This document shows, in pieces, positions 1 to 15,500 of a DNA stretch of 64,000 nt. Under the pieces are notes generated by a model. The model had not been told where the DNA came from. It was given only the letters and a program-made list of their open reading frames with translations, and made no database searches. Every line of letters begins with the position of its first letter. Position 1 is the first letter of the stretch. The translations under genes and the position numbers were made by a program. The stretch is from Tubulanus polymorphus. Taxonomy: Eukaryota; Animalia; Nemertea. Location of the stretch: NCBI RefSeq assembly GCF_964204645.1, contig NC_134025.1:8432001-8496000 (forward strand). The letters run 5' to 3'.

Positions 1-49
1 AAACAATATTGATAGTGATTTTACAATGGTTACGATTTTATCATTTTAG

Positions 50-3000
50 ATGTTCCTTCGGCTCCTATTGACTTAGAAGTACAAGAAGTAAATCGTGATA
101 ATGTCAAAGTATCATGGCGTCCACCAAAAGATGATGGCGGCTGTGAAATTACAGGCTACGTTATCGAAAAGAGAGACACTAACAGAACTAATTGGGGTAT
201 GGCTGGAAGCTGTAAACCTGAGCAGCAAACTTTCAAAGTTGGAAAATTGATAGAGGGAAATGAATATTTCTTCCGAGTCATAGGAGAGAACAAAATAGGT
301 GCTGGTGAAGCAGCTGAACTGAAGAAACCTGTGAGCATCAAGAGTCCGTTTGGACCACCCAGTGCTCCATTAGATCTGAAGGCATCTGGTGTATCTAAAG
401 ACAAGATGATGTTGTCTTGGAAAGAACCTAAAAAGGATGGTGGCTCTAAAATTCTAGGTTATATCATTGAAAAACGCCAAGGTTACAGTAGCCGTTGGGT
501 TCGTGTCAATCGAGACTTACTAAGTGACTCAAAATGCGAATTCACTGACCTTACTGAAAATGCTGAATATGAGTTTAGAGTTACGGCGGAAAATGCAGAA
601 GGTCCTGGACCAGTATCAGATTCACTAGGCCCAATCAAAGCCAAGGATCCATTTGGTATGATTTGATAATGCTTCGAATTATGAATGTTCGTGTCTAGAA
701 TTTATCACTATTTTTTGGACGTTTTCTGTACTTTCAGATAAACCAGGAGCACCAGGAAAACCATCTGTTGTTAATATCACAATATCTGCCCTAAATCTGA
801 AATGGATAGCCCCAAAAGATGATGGTGGCAGTCCTATAACCAATTATATCTTAGAAATGAAGAAACCATATGACTATAAATGGACTCAGGTCAACTCTTC
901 AATCAGTGGTTTAGAATATGAAGTGAATAATCTTAAGAAGGATGTTGATTATGTGTTCCGGGTAATTGCTGTAAATAAGGCTGGGCAGAGTGCACCTTCT
1001 GACCAGACTGATGTCATCAAATTTGGTAAGTCATATGACATCCATATTTGAGAATAAAGATTGATTGCACCACTCATTGATATATTTTTATACCAAATTC
1101 AAACTTGTAGAAGAACCGATGTCTGTTGTGAAGCCACTTCAAGACCAAGAAGTTACTCAGCTTCCAGCTACGGCTGTCTTTGAGTGTAAACTTTCCAAAC
1201 ATGATTTGGATGTACAATGGCTGAAAAAGGGTAAACCCATTCAATCAAGCAAGAAGCACAAGATCAAATCAGATGGTAACACATATAGCCTCATTATCTC
1301 AGATGTAAGCGATGCTGATGATGGTGAATATTCTATCAAATACAAGAGCTTAGAGTCTAAGGCACAGCTTTCTGTAAAAGTTCCACCAAAATTCATGTTC
1401 GTTGAAAAGTTTAAAGAAACAATCTACATGAAGACAAATGCATCAACGATTATTGAGGTGCCATTCATGGCTAGTCCAATGCCTAATGTAGACTGGGACT
1501 TTAATGGGGACAGTTTCACTGATGAAAAACGCATCAAATTTGAAACCATACGTGGTATGACAGCTCTCACTATAAGTCGTGCTGAAAGAAGAGATGCCGG
1601 AAAATATAACCTTAAAATCAAGAATGAACTTGGAAGTATCACCCTGACAGTTACTGTCATCATTCAAGGTGAGAGATGTTATTTACTAACTTTTTAGACT
1701 ACAATCATTTATTATTCATTTTAAGATGAAAAATGCATACATATATCTTTGTTTGAATAGAAAAACCGCTCCCCGTCAGAAATCTTCAAGTAATGGAAGT
1801 ACACGAAGACAGAATCAGCATGAAGTGGAGTAAACCAGAACATGATGGGGGTTGTCCTATTAGTAATTACATCATTGAACGACGTGATGCCAACCGCCGG
1901 ACTTGGCAAAGACTTGGCTCTTGTAAAACTGAAGAATATACAGCTACCCGATTGGTTGAAGGTATCCGCTATTCATTCCAAGTTTTTGCTGAAAATGAAG
2001 TTGGTTTAAGTGAACCAACTGAAACAGAGGGTGTTGTAGCTAAGAGTCCACATGGTAAGTTTGAAGATCCATGGTAAGTTTGAGGTTTGAAGATAAAATA
2101 ATGAAATATGGCAATTTTTTTCTTATTTTTCCTTTAAGGTGAACCAAGTCCACCCGAACCACCAGAAATTTCTGATATTACCAGTAAGTCATGCACTGTT
2201 ACCTGGCAGAAACCACGTGACGATGGTGGAACACCAGTCATTGGTTACCACCTTGAACGTAGGTTGACAAGCAGTCAACGCTGGGTTAAACTAAACCGTG
2301 ATTTAATAAAGGAGTTGACTTATGGTGTGAATGATCTAATGGAAGGCAATGAATATGAGTTCCGTGTGATTGCTGAAAATAAGGTTGCTCAAAGCAGGCC
2401 GAGTCTCCCTTGTAGACCATTTACAGCCAAAGATCCATGGGGTAAGAATTGCTCTTTATTCTGCAAATAAAGGGATTTTGACGCAGAATTATATCCAGCA
2501 AAACGTTTTTATACTTGTTTTATTTCAGATAAACCGTCAAAACCAGGCATGCCAACCATTGAAAATGTCACCAAGAAATCTGTTAGTCTAAACTGGAAAG
2601 CTCCAGACACTGATGGAGGGAGTCCTATCACAAATTATGTTGTTGAGTACCGCCTCAAGGGAGGTTACAAGTGGAATGTTGCTAATGATTTAGAAAAGAT
2701 CAAAGATTTGTCCTACACGATAAAAGGTCTCAAAGAAGATATGGATTATGAGGTCCGTGTAAGTGCTGAAAATAAAGCCGGTGTTGGGCCTGCTGCTCAG
2801 TGTAAAGATGCTGTTAAAGTTTTTGAGCCTCTAGTTGGTGAATCTCCAAAAATGTTGAAAGAAATGAAGGATCTCATTTTAAATTTACCTGATGATGCTT
2901 GTTTTGGTTGTAAGATTGCTCCAGGTGACCCAGAGGCTGACATAAAATGGTGAGCTGACAAACTGCAAAAAGTACATCTATTATAGAAAAAAAGCATTCT

Positions 3001-3571
3001 TTCCAATGATGAAATAATTACGTTTCTAAATCTAGGTACAAAGATGGCCGTGAATTGTATGAAACAAAACGTCATATTACCCATTACTCCAATAGTGAAG
3101 TCACACTGAAAATCCATCCCACTGAGGCATCTGATACTGGGAAATATAAGGTTGAAGCTTCAAACATCATTGGTAAAGTTGAGACATCAGCTGCATTGAC
3201 TGTTAATGGTAAGCTTAATAACTGTAATGTGTTGGTATTGACTAAGTTGAAGAGGTGTTGAATTTGTGATATTTTCTTAACAGTTGCCCCAAAAATTGAA
3301 TATGAGCACAAATACACGGAAGCAACATCTCTGAAGGCTGGATCAAACCTGAATATTCCTGTGCGGGTGTTTGGTATTCCTGAACCATCAGTTAGTTGGT
3401 GTCTCAATGGTAAGGCCTTAAGACCAGATAACAGAATATTGTTGGAGACTCGTGGAGAAAATAGCTCACTCGCCATCCATAATGTTACCAAGGATGATGC
3501 TGGAAAATATACGGTTACTGCTGAAAATGTCGTCAATAAAGCTACAGCAGATTTTGAAGTCCTTATCAAAG
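50..3571 (+). repeat. 10-domain super-repeat copy 1 (Fn3 x3, Ig x2, Fn3 x3, Ig x2)
   Basis: Exons 50-655 (2 Fn3), 738-1025, 1111-1668 (2 Ig), 1761-2054, 2139-2441, 2529-2949, 3036-3208, 3284-3571. Confidence 0.9.
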
Positions 3572-6500
3572 GTATTCCCATAAATCTGTTCATTCACTTC
3601 TGAAACTGTACATGTTTATATGACTGACCATTTCTAACGCATGTTTCCTTCATCAGATAAGCCTGAAGCACCTCGTAACCTACGAGTGACTGAAGTTGAC
3701 AGAGACAATATCACTATATCATGGGAAGCTCCAAAAGATGATGGTGGATCTCCAATCACTGGATATTTGGTTGAAAAACGAGATGCTAAGCGTTCAATGT
3801 GGGCACCATGCCCTTCTGTTGGGCCCAATAAACTAACACTGGTCATCTCAAAATTGGTTGAAGGCAATGACTATTACATCAGAGTTCTTGCTGAAAACAA
3901 GGTTGGTGTCAGTGAACCAGTTGAGACAGAAAAATCCACTAAACCAAAGAGTCCATATGGTAAGTTATCTTCTATATTCTTCTCATTTGTTTTACATATT
4001 GTATAAATGTCTATATTCACATAACCATTTTATATTTTGTAATGTAGATGTACCAGGTGCTCCACGAAATCTCAAGGCAACAGATATTTCTTCATCAACT
4101 ATAACACTTCAATGGGAACCCCCAAAATTAGATGGGGGAACTCCAATCACAGGATATATCGTTGAACGACGCCAAGGCTACAGCACTCGATGGACAAGAC
4201 TCAATAGATATGCCGTTACTGATCTAACAATTGTTTGTGGAGATCTTCGTGACCGTGAAGAATATGAATTCCGTGTTACTGCTGAAAATAAAGAAGGCAT
4301 TGGTAAATCATCTGATACAACAGGAGTTATCAAAGCCAAAGATCCATTTGGTAAGAGAACGCCAATCTGATACGCGCATACATTTAAGATTGCGGTCAAC
4401 AAATGATATGTTAATTTCTATTGTACTTTTTTTAAGATAAACCAGGAACACCAGGAGCCCCAGATGTAACCGCCATGACAGCAGATTCTGCGACACTGAA
4501 ATGGAGAGCACCTCGAGATGATGGTGGCTCACCAATCTCCAATTACATCATCGAAATGAAAAAGCCATTTGATTATAAGTGGTCTGTTGTTGAAGCAAGG
4601 GTAACTGGAACTGAATATAAAGTCAAGGCACTCAAAATTGAAACTGAATATATGTTTAGGGTGACAGCTGAAAACAAAATCGGACAAAGCAGTCCATCTG
4701 ATGCATCAGAGACGGTTCGATATGGTATGAATTTTTTTAATATCAGTTTTATGAAAAGTCATGGAATAACGTATGTTGAAAAAATGTGAATTGTTAAAAT
4801 GTAAATTGCAGAAGAGCCCCTGGAATTTGTTCGCAAACTGCAAGACATAGATATCAAGTCTCTGCCAGCTAAGGCAACATTTGAATGTGAAGTCTCTAAG
4901 CCACAGGCTGAGGTAACCTGGTTGAAGAATGGCAAGCCCATACGATCAAATGACAAATACACAATTGAATCATCTCACGGTGTTCATCGACTCATAATTG
5001 TGGATCTTACACAAGATGATGTTTCTGAGTATACTGCTATTGTGGGGGTCAATGAATCAAAAGCCAAACTCACAATAAGAGGTAAGAAACGTTTTTGAAT
5101 ATCCATTACACTAGTGGATTTGTCAAAATAGTTCACTGCTTAATAAGATATTTATGATATATCAAATATAAATAATGTTATTTATATTTTCTTTTAGCCC
5201 CACCTAAGTTATTATTGGATAAGAATTTCAAGGACACTATTCATCTGAAGTCAAATCAAACAGCTATAATTGAGGTACCATTCTGTGGCTGCCCTAAGCC
5301 TGATGTGAAATGGACATTCAATGGTGGAAGTTTCTCAGACTACAAGCGAATAACTGAAGAATCAATTTATGGTATGACAGCACTGACCATAAGCCGGGCT
5401 CAAAGACAGGATTCTGGTGACTATAAACTGGTAATTAGGAATGAAATTGGAACAGTGTCAGTATCTATAAAGGTTTCTGTTATTGGTAAGTATATAGAAC
5501 AACTGATGGCATAAATTACACTATAAGGAGTTGTGTGATGAGATTTTTGTAGATATAGCAGGCGATATAGATCACATTTATTCAGTGATAATCTGCAATC
5601 TTTCAGATAAACCATCTCCCCCTGTAAATCTGCAAGTAAAAGATGTTACTGCTACCTCAGCCACTTTGCAGTGGAATGAACCACAGGATATTGGAGGCAG
5701 TCCGATTTTAAATTACTTGGTTGAAAAACGTGAAATGAACCGTCGCACATATCAGATAGTTGGTAAGACCAAGGACAAAAACATGAAAATCAGCAATTTA
5801 GCTCAAGGAATGCAGTATGTCTTCCAAGTGTCTGCAGAGAATGAAGTCGGTCTTAGTAATTCAGTGGAACTAGCAGGACCTGTTACAGCAAAGCATCCTT
5901 TCAGTGAGTATTAATCAATAATTTTCATTTTTATCATACTGTTTAATTATCTGCTATTCATCGTTTTCTATTTCCCAGAACCCCCAGGGGCACCTGATGC
6001 ACCTAAAATCAGCGATATCTTCAAAGAATCATGTGTGATTTCTTGGAGTGCTCCTTCTCAGGATGGTGGATCTGGAGTCACAGGATACAACATTGAGAGA
6101 CGAGTTGAGACTAGTTCACGATGGACAAAGATAAATCGCGAGCCAGTTACTGAACTTTCCCACAAAGTGACTGATCTTTTGGAGGGTAGCAAGTACGAGT
6201 ACCGTATTATTGCTGAGAACAAGGCTGGATTTGGCCCACCAAGCAACCCATCAAAAGAATTTGAAGCTAAAGATCCATGGGGTAATTTTAGAATTTGGAA
6301 ATTGATTTGTAATGATACTAGTAGTTTGTGCATTTCATATTGAATATAACTCCTATCTATTTTAGAAAAACCATCAGCTCCACGTCACCTTGCGGTGTTG
6401 GATATTACAAAGAAATCTGTGGTTCTCAAATGGGATACCCCAACGAATGATGGTGGTAGCAAAATCACTAACTACGTTATCCAATATAAAAAGGTTGGTG

Positions 6501-9500
6501 CATTCAAGTGGACTGCTGCCAATGTTGAGAATGTAACAGAAACGAATTACAAAGTCACCGGCCTCAGAGATGAAGAAGAATATGAATTCTGTATTGCTGC
6601 TGAAAACAAAGCAGGTGTCGGCCCAGCTATTGAGCTTCGAGAATCAGTCAGAACCACTGAGCCAATTGGTGAGTGATACTGTTTTTACCTATAAATTCTA
6701 AACATTGCAGCTATTATCATTAGGTATTGTATATTGAATATTTTGATATAACTTTAGTTGGAGATCCACCAAAAATTAAGACGGGCTTGAAGGATGTATC
6801 TGTTATTTCACCACAAGAAATAGCATTGAACTGTGAAATCGATCTTGGTGAACCAAAAGCTGAAGTCAGTTGGTTTAAAGGCGGTCGTGAAGTTCTTGAA
6901 AGTCGTCGATTTAAATTTACTCAAAAAGACAATGTAATTCAGTTGAACATACTAGAAACTGAAACTAATGATTCCGGAACATACAAGGTTGAAGCTGTTA
7001 ATGCTCTTGGACATGTTGAAAGTTCTGCATCATTGTCCATTGCAAGTAAGTTACTGGGGCACTTAATGTGTAACAATGAATCAGCTACTGTATTTCAAAT
7101 GATTGTTTTGATCATTTCCCTTTTCTTCCAGAATTGCCTGTAATTGAGTACGATGCCCGATTAAAAGAAGTCCAGTCAATCAAGGCTGGTAGTAATCTAG
7201 CTCTTAATATCATGAAATTTGGTGTTCCAACACCATCTGCTAAATGGTTCCACAATGAACAGCTTATCACCAGTGGGGTTAATACAACTGAAAGGGCATC
7301 TGGCCTTTCTGTACACAATGTAGATAAGAAGAAGTCTGGTAAATATAAGGTGGAGGTTGCTAACAATATCGGAGTAGCAACTGCAGAATTTGCTGTAACA
7401 ATTCGAGGTATGATTGATAATTTCATTTTATGAGCATACGTATAATCAAATCTTTTACAAAAGATATGAATTATATTTCAATTCTTTTAACATACTATCA
7501 ATAAACTCAAAGCCTAGCATTTTTTCATTCAGATAAACCTTCACCTCCACAAAACCTGAAAATTGGTGATGTCCAGAAGGATTCTGTTGATCTGTCTTGG
7601 GATGCACCCAACGACGATGGTGGCTCTGAATTAACCGGGTATGTGATTGAAAAGCGAGATAAGAAACGTGGCTCCTGGATGACAACTGGCAATGTTGGTG
7701 CTAAGACGACGTCACTCACAGTTGGAAAATTGTATGAAGGTAATGAATACGATTTCCGAGTTTCTGCTGAAAACAAGATTGGAATAAGTGAACCAGTGAC
7801 AGTGACTAAATCAGTGCTCGTCAAAAGCCCATACAGTAAGTAAATCCTTTTTTCTATGACTCTTCCACCCTAGTTCATCAGTTACGAATAGCATGTTTCC
7901 TTGTAATCATCAATTCTTATTTCTATCAAAATAGATGTTCCCAGTGAACCTCGTAATCTGAGGATTTCTGACATCTATGCAACATGTATGACTCTGAAGT
8001 GGGAGGCGCCTAAAGATCACGGAGGTCTTCGAGTTAATGGTTACGTTATTGAATACCGATCTGGATACAGCAGCCGTTGGATTAGGATCAATCGATATGC
8101 TGTTGAGGAAACTCATTTCCTGGCTGATGATTTGCGAGTTGGAGAAGATTATGAATTCCGCGTTTTGGCTGAAAATGATGAAGGTCTTAGCAAGCCATCA
8201 GAAACTAGTTCGAAAATCAGAGCTAAAGATCCTTGGGGTAAATTCTTTAAAAGTTCAACTTCTAACCAGTTGCTGTTATAAATACTATCATATTGTTCCT
8301 CTGACATCTTAACTTTCTTCTCTTATTAGACATACCTGATAATCCAGGCAAACCAAAAGTAGATAAAATGAGTCCAACATCAGCAAATATCAGCTGGGCT
8401 CCTCCAAGAGATGATGGAGGAAGCCCCATCACAAACTATATCATTGAGATGAAACAAGTACAGGACTATAAATGGTCAGTGGTAAATCATACTTCTGTAA
8501 CCAACACTCAATATGAAGTTGTTGGTCTGCGTCAAGAAACCGATTATGTCTTCCGTGTTTCTGCTGAAAACAAAGCAGGATGCAGCAAACCATCAGAACC
8601 CTCAAACACTGCCAGATATGGTACGTAATATATGCACGTTTTTGATTCACATTTTTTATGTCTAAATTACTTCTATATTAATATGATTGCTAATGATTTT
8701 TATTTCATGTTAGATGAGCCTCTTGAAATCCTAAAGCCCCTGAAGGATGTTCATATCAAAGAATTACCAGCAAATGCAACTTTTGAATGTGTGCTGTCAA
8801 AAGCTGGCATTCATGTTCAATGGTTCAAGGGTGATAGAGTTATCAAAATGGACAATAAACATAAAATTGTAGAAGAAGGAACTCAACATATACTCACTAT
8901 CAAAAATATCACAGAAGAGGATCTTGGTCTTTACAGGGTTGAGGTTAAAGACAAGAGTTCACAAGCACAACTCATTGTTGAGGGTAAGAACCACGTTGAA
9001 TTAGTTTTTGATTTTAACCCGGCTGAGTTACTGGGATACTGGAGTATATTCAAAAGCTTTTATCCGTTATTTGTTCTCTAGCTCCCCCTAAATTCCTCAA
9101 AGATACCAAATTCCAAGATGAAATTATCATGCGAGCCAATACTTCGACCGTGATTGAAATTCCATTCTCTGCCTGTCCCATGCCTGAGGTCAAGTGGACA
9201 TTCAATGGTGGCAGATTTAATGATCCAAAACGAATCAAGGAAGAGACCATTTACAGAATGACAGCTCTCACAATAAGCCGAGCTGAAGTGAAGGATGCTG
9301 GTGTTTACAAGTTAGATATGAAAAATAAATTTGGCAAAGCTTCTATTAGCATTACTGTCAAAGTTCTAGGTACATCTTGTTTTTCACTATACCAGAAATA
9401 AGAATACACATTATTTTATATATTTTGATGAAATTTTCATTTATTCTAATCATTTACTGTAGATAAACCATCAGCACCACGTAATTTCCGCATTGATACT

Positions 9501-12500
9501 ACAACTGCTGACAGTGTCCTCTTGAAGTGGGATGCCCCTGTTGAGGATGGTGGTTCACCAATCAAGCACTATGTCATTGAGAAGCGGGAGGCTCATCGTG
9601 TCAGTTATACAATGGTGGGAACAACAAAATCCAAGGAAATAACAGTAGGCAGCCTAATCACTGGAAACCAGTATGTATTCCAGATTGTTGCTGAAAATGA
9701 TGTTGGAACTAGTCCGTCGGTGGAAACATTGACTCCTGTAACAGCAAAACATCCATTTAGTAAGTGTATTTAGTAAAAATGTGATGGAATATAAGAATAT
9801 TTCATGTAAAAGGAACTAATTCATAGATTATACGGATGAATATACAAACTGAAGGCTCTTTGTATATTTTCGCAGATGTTCCTAGCGCTCCTGACAGACC
9901 AAAAATATCAAATGTTGAAGGAAGATCATGTATGATTGAATGGAATCCTCCAAAAATAGATGGTGGCGCACCAGTCACTGGTTACTATGTTGAGCGCAGT
10001 CTTGCTACAAGCACCCGCTGGATCAAGGTGAACACTTCTGTAATTACTGAATGTAGAACCACAGTTAAAGACTTGACTGAAGGAAATGACTATGTATTCC
10101 GTGTCATTGCTGAAAACAAGGCAGGCTTTGGTCCTGCTAGTGAACCATCTAAACCAATAACAGCTAAGGATCCATGGGGTAAGTGATTTTGTACAAATAT
10201 TGTTAGTTCTTGTAGTTTGGAGCTTCATTTGTTTTCCATTTAAATGATAATCTATAACTTTGTTCATTGTAGATAAACCTGGAAAACCAGGAATACCAGA
10301 AGTGACGGAGATTTCAAAACGAGCTGCAACACTTAGCTGGTCACCTTGCAAAGATGATGGTGGTGCACCAGTCTTAGGTTATGTAGTTGACTATCGACTG
10401 GTTGGTGGCTTCAAATGGGTTAACTCTGGCACACTTATCCCAGATACTACACATACTATTCGTGGTCTTCAAGAAGACAATGAATATGAATTCCGAGTTG
10501 CTGCTGAAAACAAAGCGGGCATTGGTCCCCATGCTATCTGTAAGGAACCAGCAATGACCACTGAGCCAATTGTTGGTGATGCTCCAGTAATAAAGACTGC
10601 TCCATGTGATGTGCTTGTGGCTTCTCCAGAAAATGCAGTTTTAGAATGCAAAATCAATCCTGGAAGTCATGAACTTGAAATCAAATGGTTTGTTTGCTTC
10701 GATGAATTTAGTTCAATTAATAACTGTGCAGAAATTAGATGTGTTCTGGGACAAAAGTTTTTTTTCATTTCCAGGTTCAAGGACAGTCGAGAACTATATG
10801 AAAACAAGAAATGTTCAATGACCTTTAAAGATGGTATTGCTCAATTGATTATTAAGAAAACCGATGCCTCAGATGCTGGAAAATACTGTATTGAAGCTGC
10901 AAACATAATTGGTATGGTAAGAGCGGAAGCATTTATTGGTGTCCAAGGTCAGTAGCAATTGAACTGAGAATACATTTGATACACATGCATAACATCTTTA
11001 TTGAATGTTTGACTTAATTCTTTTGTAGTTGCGCCAGTTTTAGATTATGATAAGAAATATATGCAGCAAACGATCAAAGCAGGATCAAGTATCATGCTTC
11101 ATGTAAATTATACTGGCATACCAAATCCTACGCTACAGTGGATTCACAATGGCAAATCAGTCAATGAAAATCCGAAAATCAGTATTGAGACATCAGATTC
11201 TTCGTCTACTCTGACTATCAAATCTTCTAAAAAAGAGGATGAAGGGCAATACATGGTGACTGCCGAAAATAAACTTGGAAAAGATTCCGCTACATTTAAT
11301 ATCCTCATCAAAGGTATTTTCTTTTACAATTAAACTAATTTTCTAAATGAATAAATCGATTTTTTTCGGTCATTCCATCTTATTGATTAACTTCTGATGT
11401 ATCTTCAATGTCTTATAGGAAAACCAATGCAGCCGCAATCACTGTCTGTTTCTGAAGTGAAGAGGGACTCAGTTATTCTTACTTGGAAACCACCCAAAGA
11501 CAATGGTGGCTCTGAAATAACTGGATATACTATTGACAAACGTGACACAAGGAAAGCCATCTGGTCCACTGCTGGATCTGTTTCTGCAGATGTATTATCA
11601 TTCACAGTGCCCCGTTTAGTTGAGGGCAATGAATACTCCTTTGGTGTTTGTGCTGAAAATTTGATTGGTCTCAGTGAACCAGTTGAACTCGGCAAAGCAG
11701 TTCTTGTGAAAAGCCCATTTGGTAATTAACATTCAGGATTTATTGTTTAGAGATCTGTAAAAATGAAGAAATTACATATTATCATGATCATTATACTTTT
11801 AGATGTACCACAGCCTCCAAGAAATGTCCAAGCTGTTGAAGTAAGAAAGGACCACATCACACTACAGTGGCAAGCTCCTAAGCAAGATGGGGGAACCCCT
11901 CTTACTGGATACTTTGTTGAATTCCGAAAAGGAAAAAGTTATGCTCGATGGGCGAGGTGGAATAAGTACCCAATAAATGAAACTGAGGTCATTGTAGATG
12001 ACTTGTCAGAAGGACTTGACTATGAATTCAGAATAATAGCAGAAAATGCTGAAGGTGAAAGTGAAATATCCCAAACCACTGGTGTTATCTGTGCCAAAGA
12101 TCCATGGTGTAAGTACATGTGTTGCTTTGTGTTTGTTTATTTTTCTTTGACTATAAAAGGAGTCAAGAATCACTGTCATTCCTGTTTTAATTTTAGCTAC
12201 ACCAAAACCACCTGGACAGCCTGTTGTCACTGCAATGACTCCCAATTCAGCTACTATGAGCTGGGCTCCACCAGAAAAAGACGGTGGTGCCACTATCACT
12301 AACTACGTGCTAGAGATGAAACGGCCCCATGATTACAAGTGGAGTATCATCAATTCAGACTTCGCTATTAACCAAACTGAATACACTGTGAGAAACTTGG
12401 TGGAAGAGACAGATTATGAGTTTAGAGTTCTGGCAGAAAATCGTGCAGGAGTCAGTAAGCCATCTGCAGTTTCAGATATAGTTAGATATGGTAAGTTTCT

Positions 12501-15500
12501 CACTTATATGCCAATGCCAAAAGAATATACAATGTACCGTACTCATTTTCATCTACTAATAACTATTCACACTTGTAGAAGAGCCTATTGAATTCAAGAA
12601 GCCAGTGAACGACATTCGATTGAAAGAACTAACATCAAAAGTTACATTTGAATGTGAATTATCTAAACCTGGAGTGCGTGTACAGTGGTTGAAAAATAAC
12701 AAACCACTTGACCGATCGCTGAAGTATATCATATCATCAGAGGGTCCATATCACTCTCTAACTATCTGTGAGGTGAATGAAGATGATGATGCTGAATACA
12801 CTATCGTTGCTAAAGCTAACTCGTGTAAAGCTAAACTCATTGTTGAAGGTAAAAAATCATTTCAGACATTTTCAATGCATACTTCTAACGTATGCCTACC
12901 TAGCTGGAAATGATTTAATCTATTTTCTGAATTTCTTATTTCATAGCTCCACCAAAGATTAGCATCTCAGAAAAATACAAGGATGTGCTGCATCTTAAAG
13001 CTGGATCTTCTGCTGTGATAGAAGTTCCATTTACTGGCTGCCCACAGCCCAAAGTATCCTGGACATACAATGGCCGCCCATTAGATTCTACTGCACGATT
13101 CAAAATTGACATAATCAGAAACATGACATCCCTTATCATAAGTAGAGCTGAAAGAAACGATTCTGGCAATTATGTTCTGAACTTGGCGAATGATAATGGG
13201 AAAACAACAGTTACAATTAAGCTTCAAGTTACAGGTAATTTCGCTAAAGATTCAGATTGTTTCTGATATTTTTGATTGTATATTATTTGGTTCTATCAAA
13301 TCTATTGTATATTTTCTAGATAAACCTTCTGCACCAACTGATTTGACTGTTTCTGATGTGTTTGCTGATCAAGTGAAATTGAAATGGAAAGCACCGTCTG
13401 ATGATGGAGGTTCATCAATTACAGGCTATCACGTTGAGAAGCGTGATTCTTCACGCCGTACTTGGCAGCCTGTTACATCCACTCAGGATTTACATTGCAC
13501 TGTTCCTCGACTTGTTGAAGGCATTCAGTACCTTTTCCAGGTGTATGCAGAAAATGAAATTGGAACTTCTGAACCAATAGAAACCTATTCGGCGGTTGTT
13601 GCTAAAAATCCATATGGTAAATTATCTGGTTGCTTGTGCATGAAATGCTTCCACCACTGTAATATATGATAAATAATATTACTTCATCAATAATTTCTTA
13701 TTTCCCTTAGATGTTCCGGGAGCACCTGATGCACCAAAAGTTCCAGAAATATTTAGTGACCGTGCAACCATTACATGGTCACCGCCAAGTAATGACGGTG
13801 GTGCACAAATCACCGGGTATCTTGTGGAACGTAGATCAACCACAAGCACACGCTGGATTCATGTTAATCATGTGCCTACACAAGATCTTTATCTTGAAGC
13901 AAAAGAACTTGTAAATAACACTGAATATGAATTTAGAGTATCTGCCCAAAACAAAGCCGGATTTGGACATCCTAGTTCACCATCTAAAAGAATCTTAGCT
14001 AAAGACCCATGGGGTAAGATATATTCAATTTCGTCTCTTCATTATTTCTAAACAGGCTCTTCAATACCATGAACTCATTGCCATAAAAATGGGTAACATG
14101 ATGTACTATTTCTCTTTCAAGATTGTCCTGGAAAACCTGGTCAACCGATCATCACGGAGGTGACTAAACGCTCGGCAAAATTGACCTGGACAGCGCCAGA
14201 AGAGGATGGTGGTAGCCCTATCATAACGTATAACATTGAGCACAAAGTTATCGGAACATTCCGCTGGATCAAATCAAATTATGAGAAGGTCACGGGTCTT
14301 AGTTTTACAATCAATGACCTGAAGCCAGATCATGAATATGAATTCCGCGTGAATGCTGAGAACAAAGCTGGTTGTGGCCCTGCAGTACAAACCTCAATGA
14401 CAGTTGTTGCTAAAGATCCCCTAGGTAGGAACTTTATTAACTGAATTGTTTGCCCTTCATTGGCGAACATGATGTGTGTACAGTTTGTTTCCTCGCTTTT
14501 TTAGTTGGTGATCCTCCACAGCTCAAACAAGAATTGAGAGACCAAACAGTTGTGGCTCCAAAAGTGGCTGTCTTGGAATGTGTTGTTTTGCCTGGAAAAC
14601 CAGAACCAGAAGTCAGATGGTTAGTTCAAGCACCTAGATTACTGAAGCTTTCTTTGAAAATGTTCCTAAATTTCATGGTTATTTTACAGGTTTAAGGATT
14701 CTAAAGAGATACATAAGAGCAAGAAACTACAAACGAGTTACACCGATAAAGTAGCTTCTCTGAAAATTTCGGACATCGAACCAACAGATACAGGAAAATA
14801 TCGGTGTGAAGTGGCAAATGCTCTTGGTCGAGTTGAGACATCTGCTAAGCTCACTGTTCAAAGTAAGGCTCATATATAAACAAATACCAACTTCATTACT
14901 TCTGAACATACTTGAAAAATTATTTTCATCTATTACAGTATCACCAAAAGTTGAACTGGATACACGCCTTCCTGGACCAGTTGTTGTTAAAGCAGGTTCA
15001 TCATTTATTACATCAGCGACCATTGTGGGTGTTCCTAGTCCGATCTCTAAATGGTATTACCAGGATACTCAGATACAGCCATCTAAGTCAACTGAAATTG
15101 AGTCATCTGATACGTATTCTACTCTAACTGTGAGAAAGTGCTCAAAATCCAATGAAGGAAAATATTCCATTATCGCGGAGAATTCAGTTGGTTCAGCCAC
15201 TGCATCTGTTGATCTGATAGTCAAAGATAAGCCAACTGCACCAAAGAATCTGCAGGTAAAAGATGCTACTTCTGACTCTATAACAATCACTTGGCAAGAA
15301 CCTGATAATGATGGCGGATCACCAATAATGAATTACGTCATTGAAAAACGAGATGCTTCTCGCACAACATGGACAACTGCTGGAACTGTCGGAAAAGATA
15401 TCAACTCATACCAGATAAGTCATCTCATGGAAGGCTCTGAATACTTATTACGAATATGCGCTGAGAACCAAGTTGGAACTGGTCCAACTGTTGAAATAAG

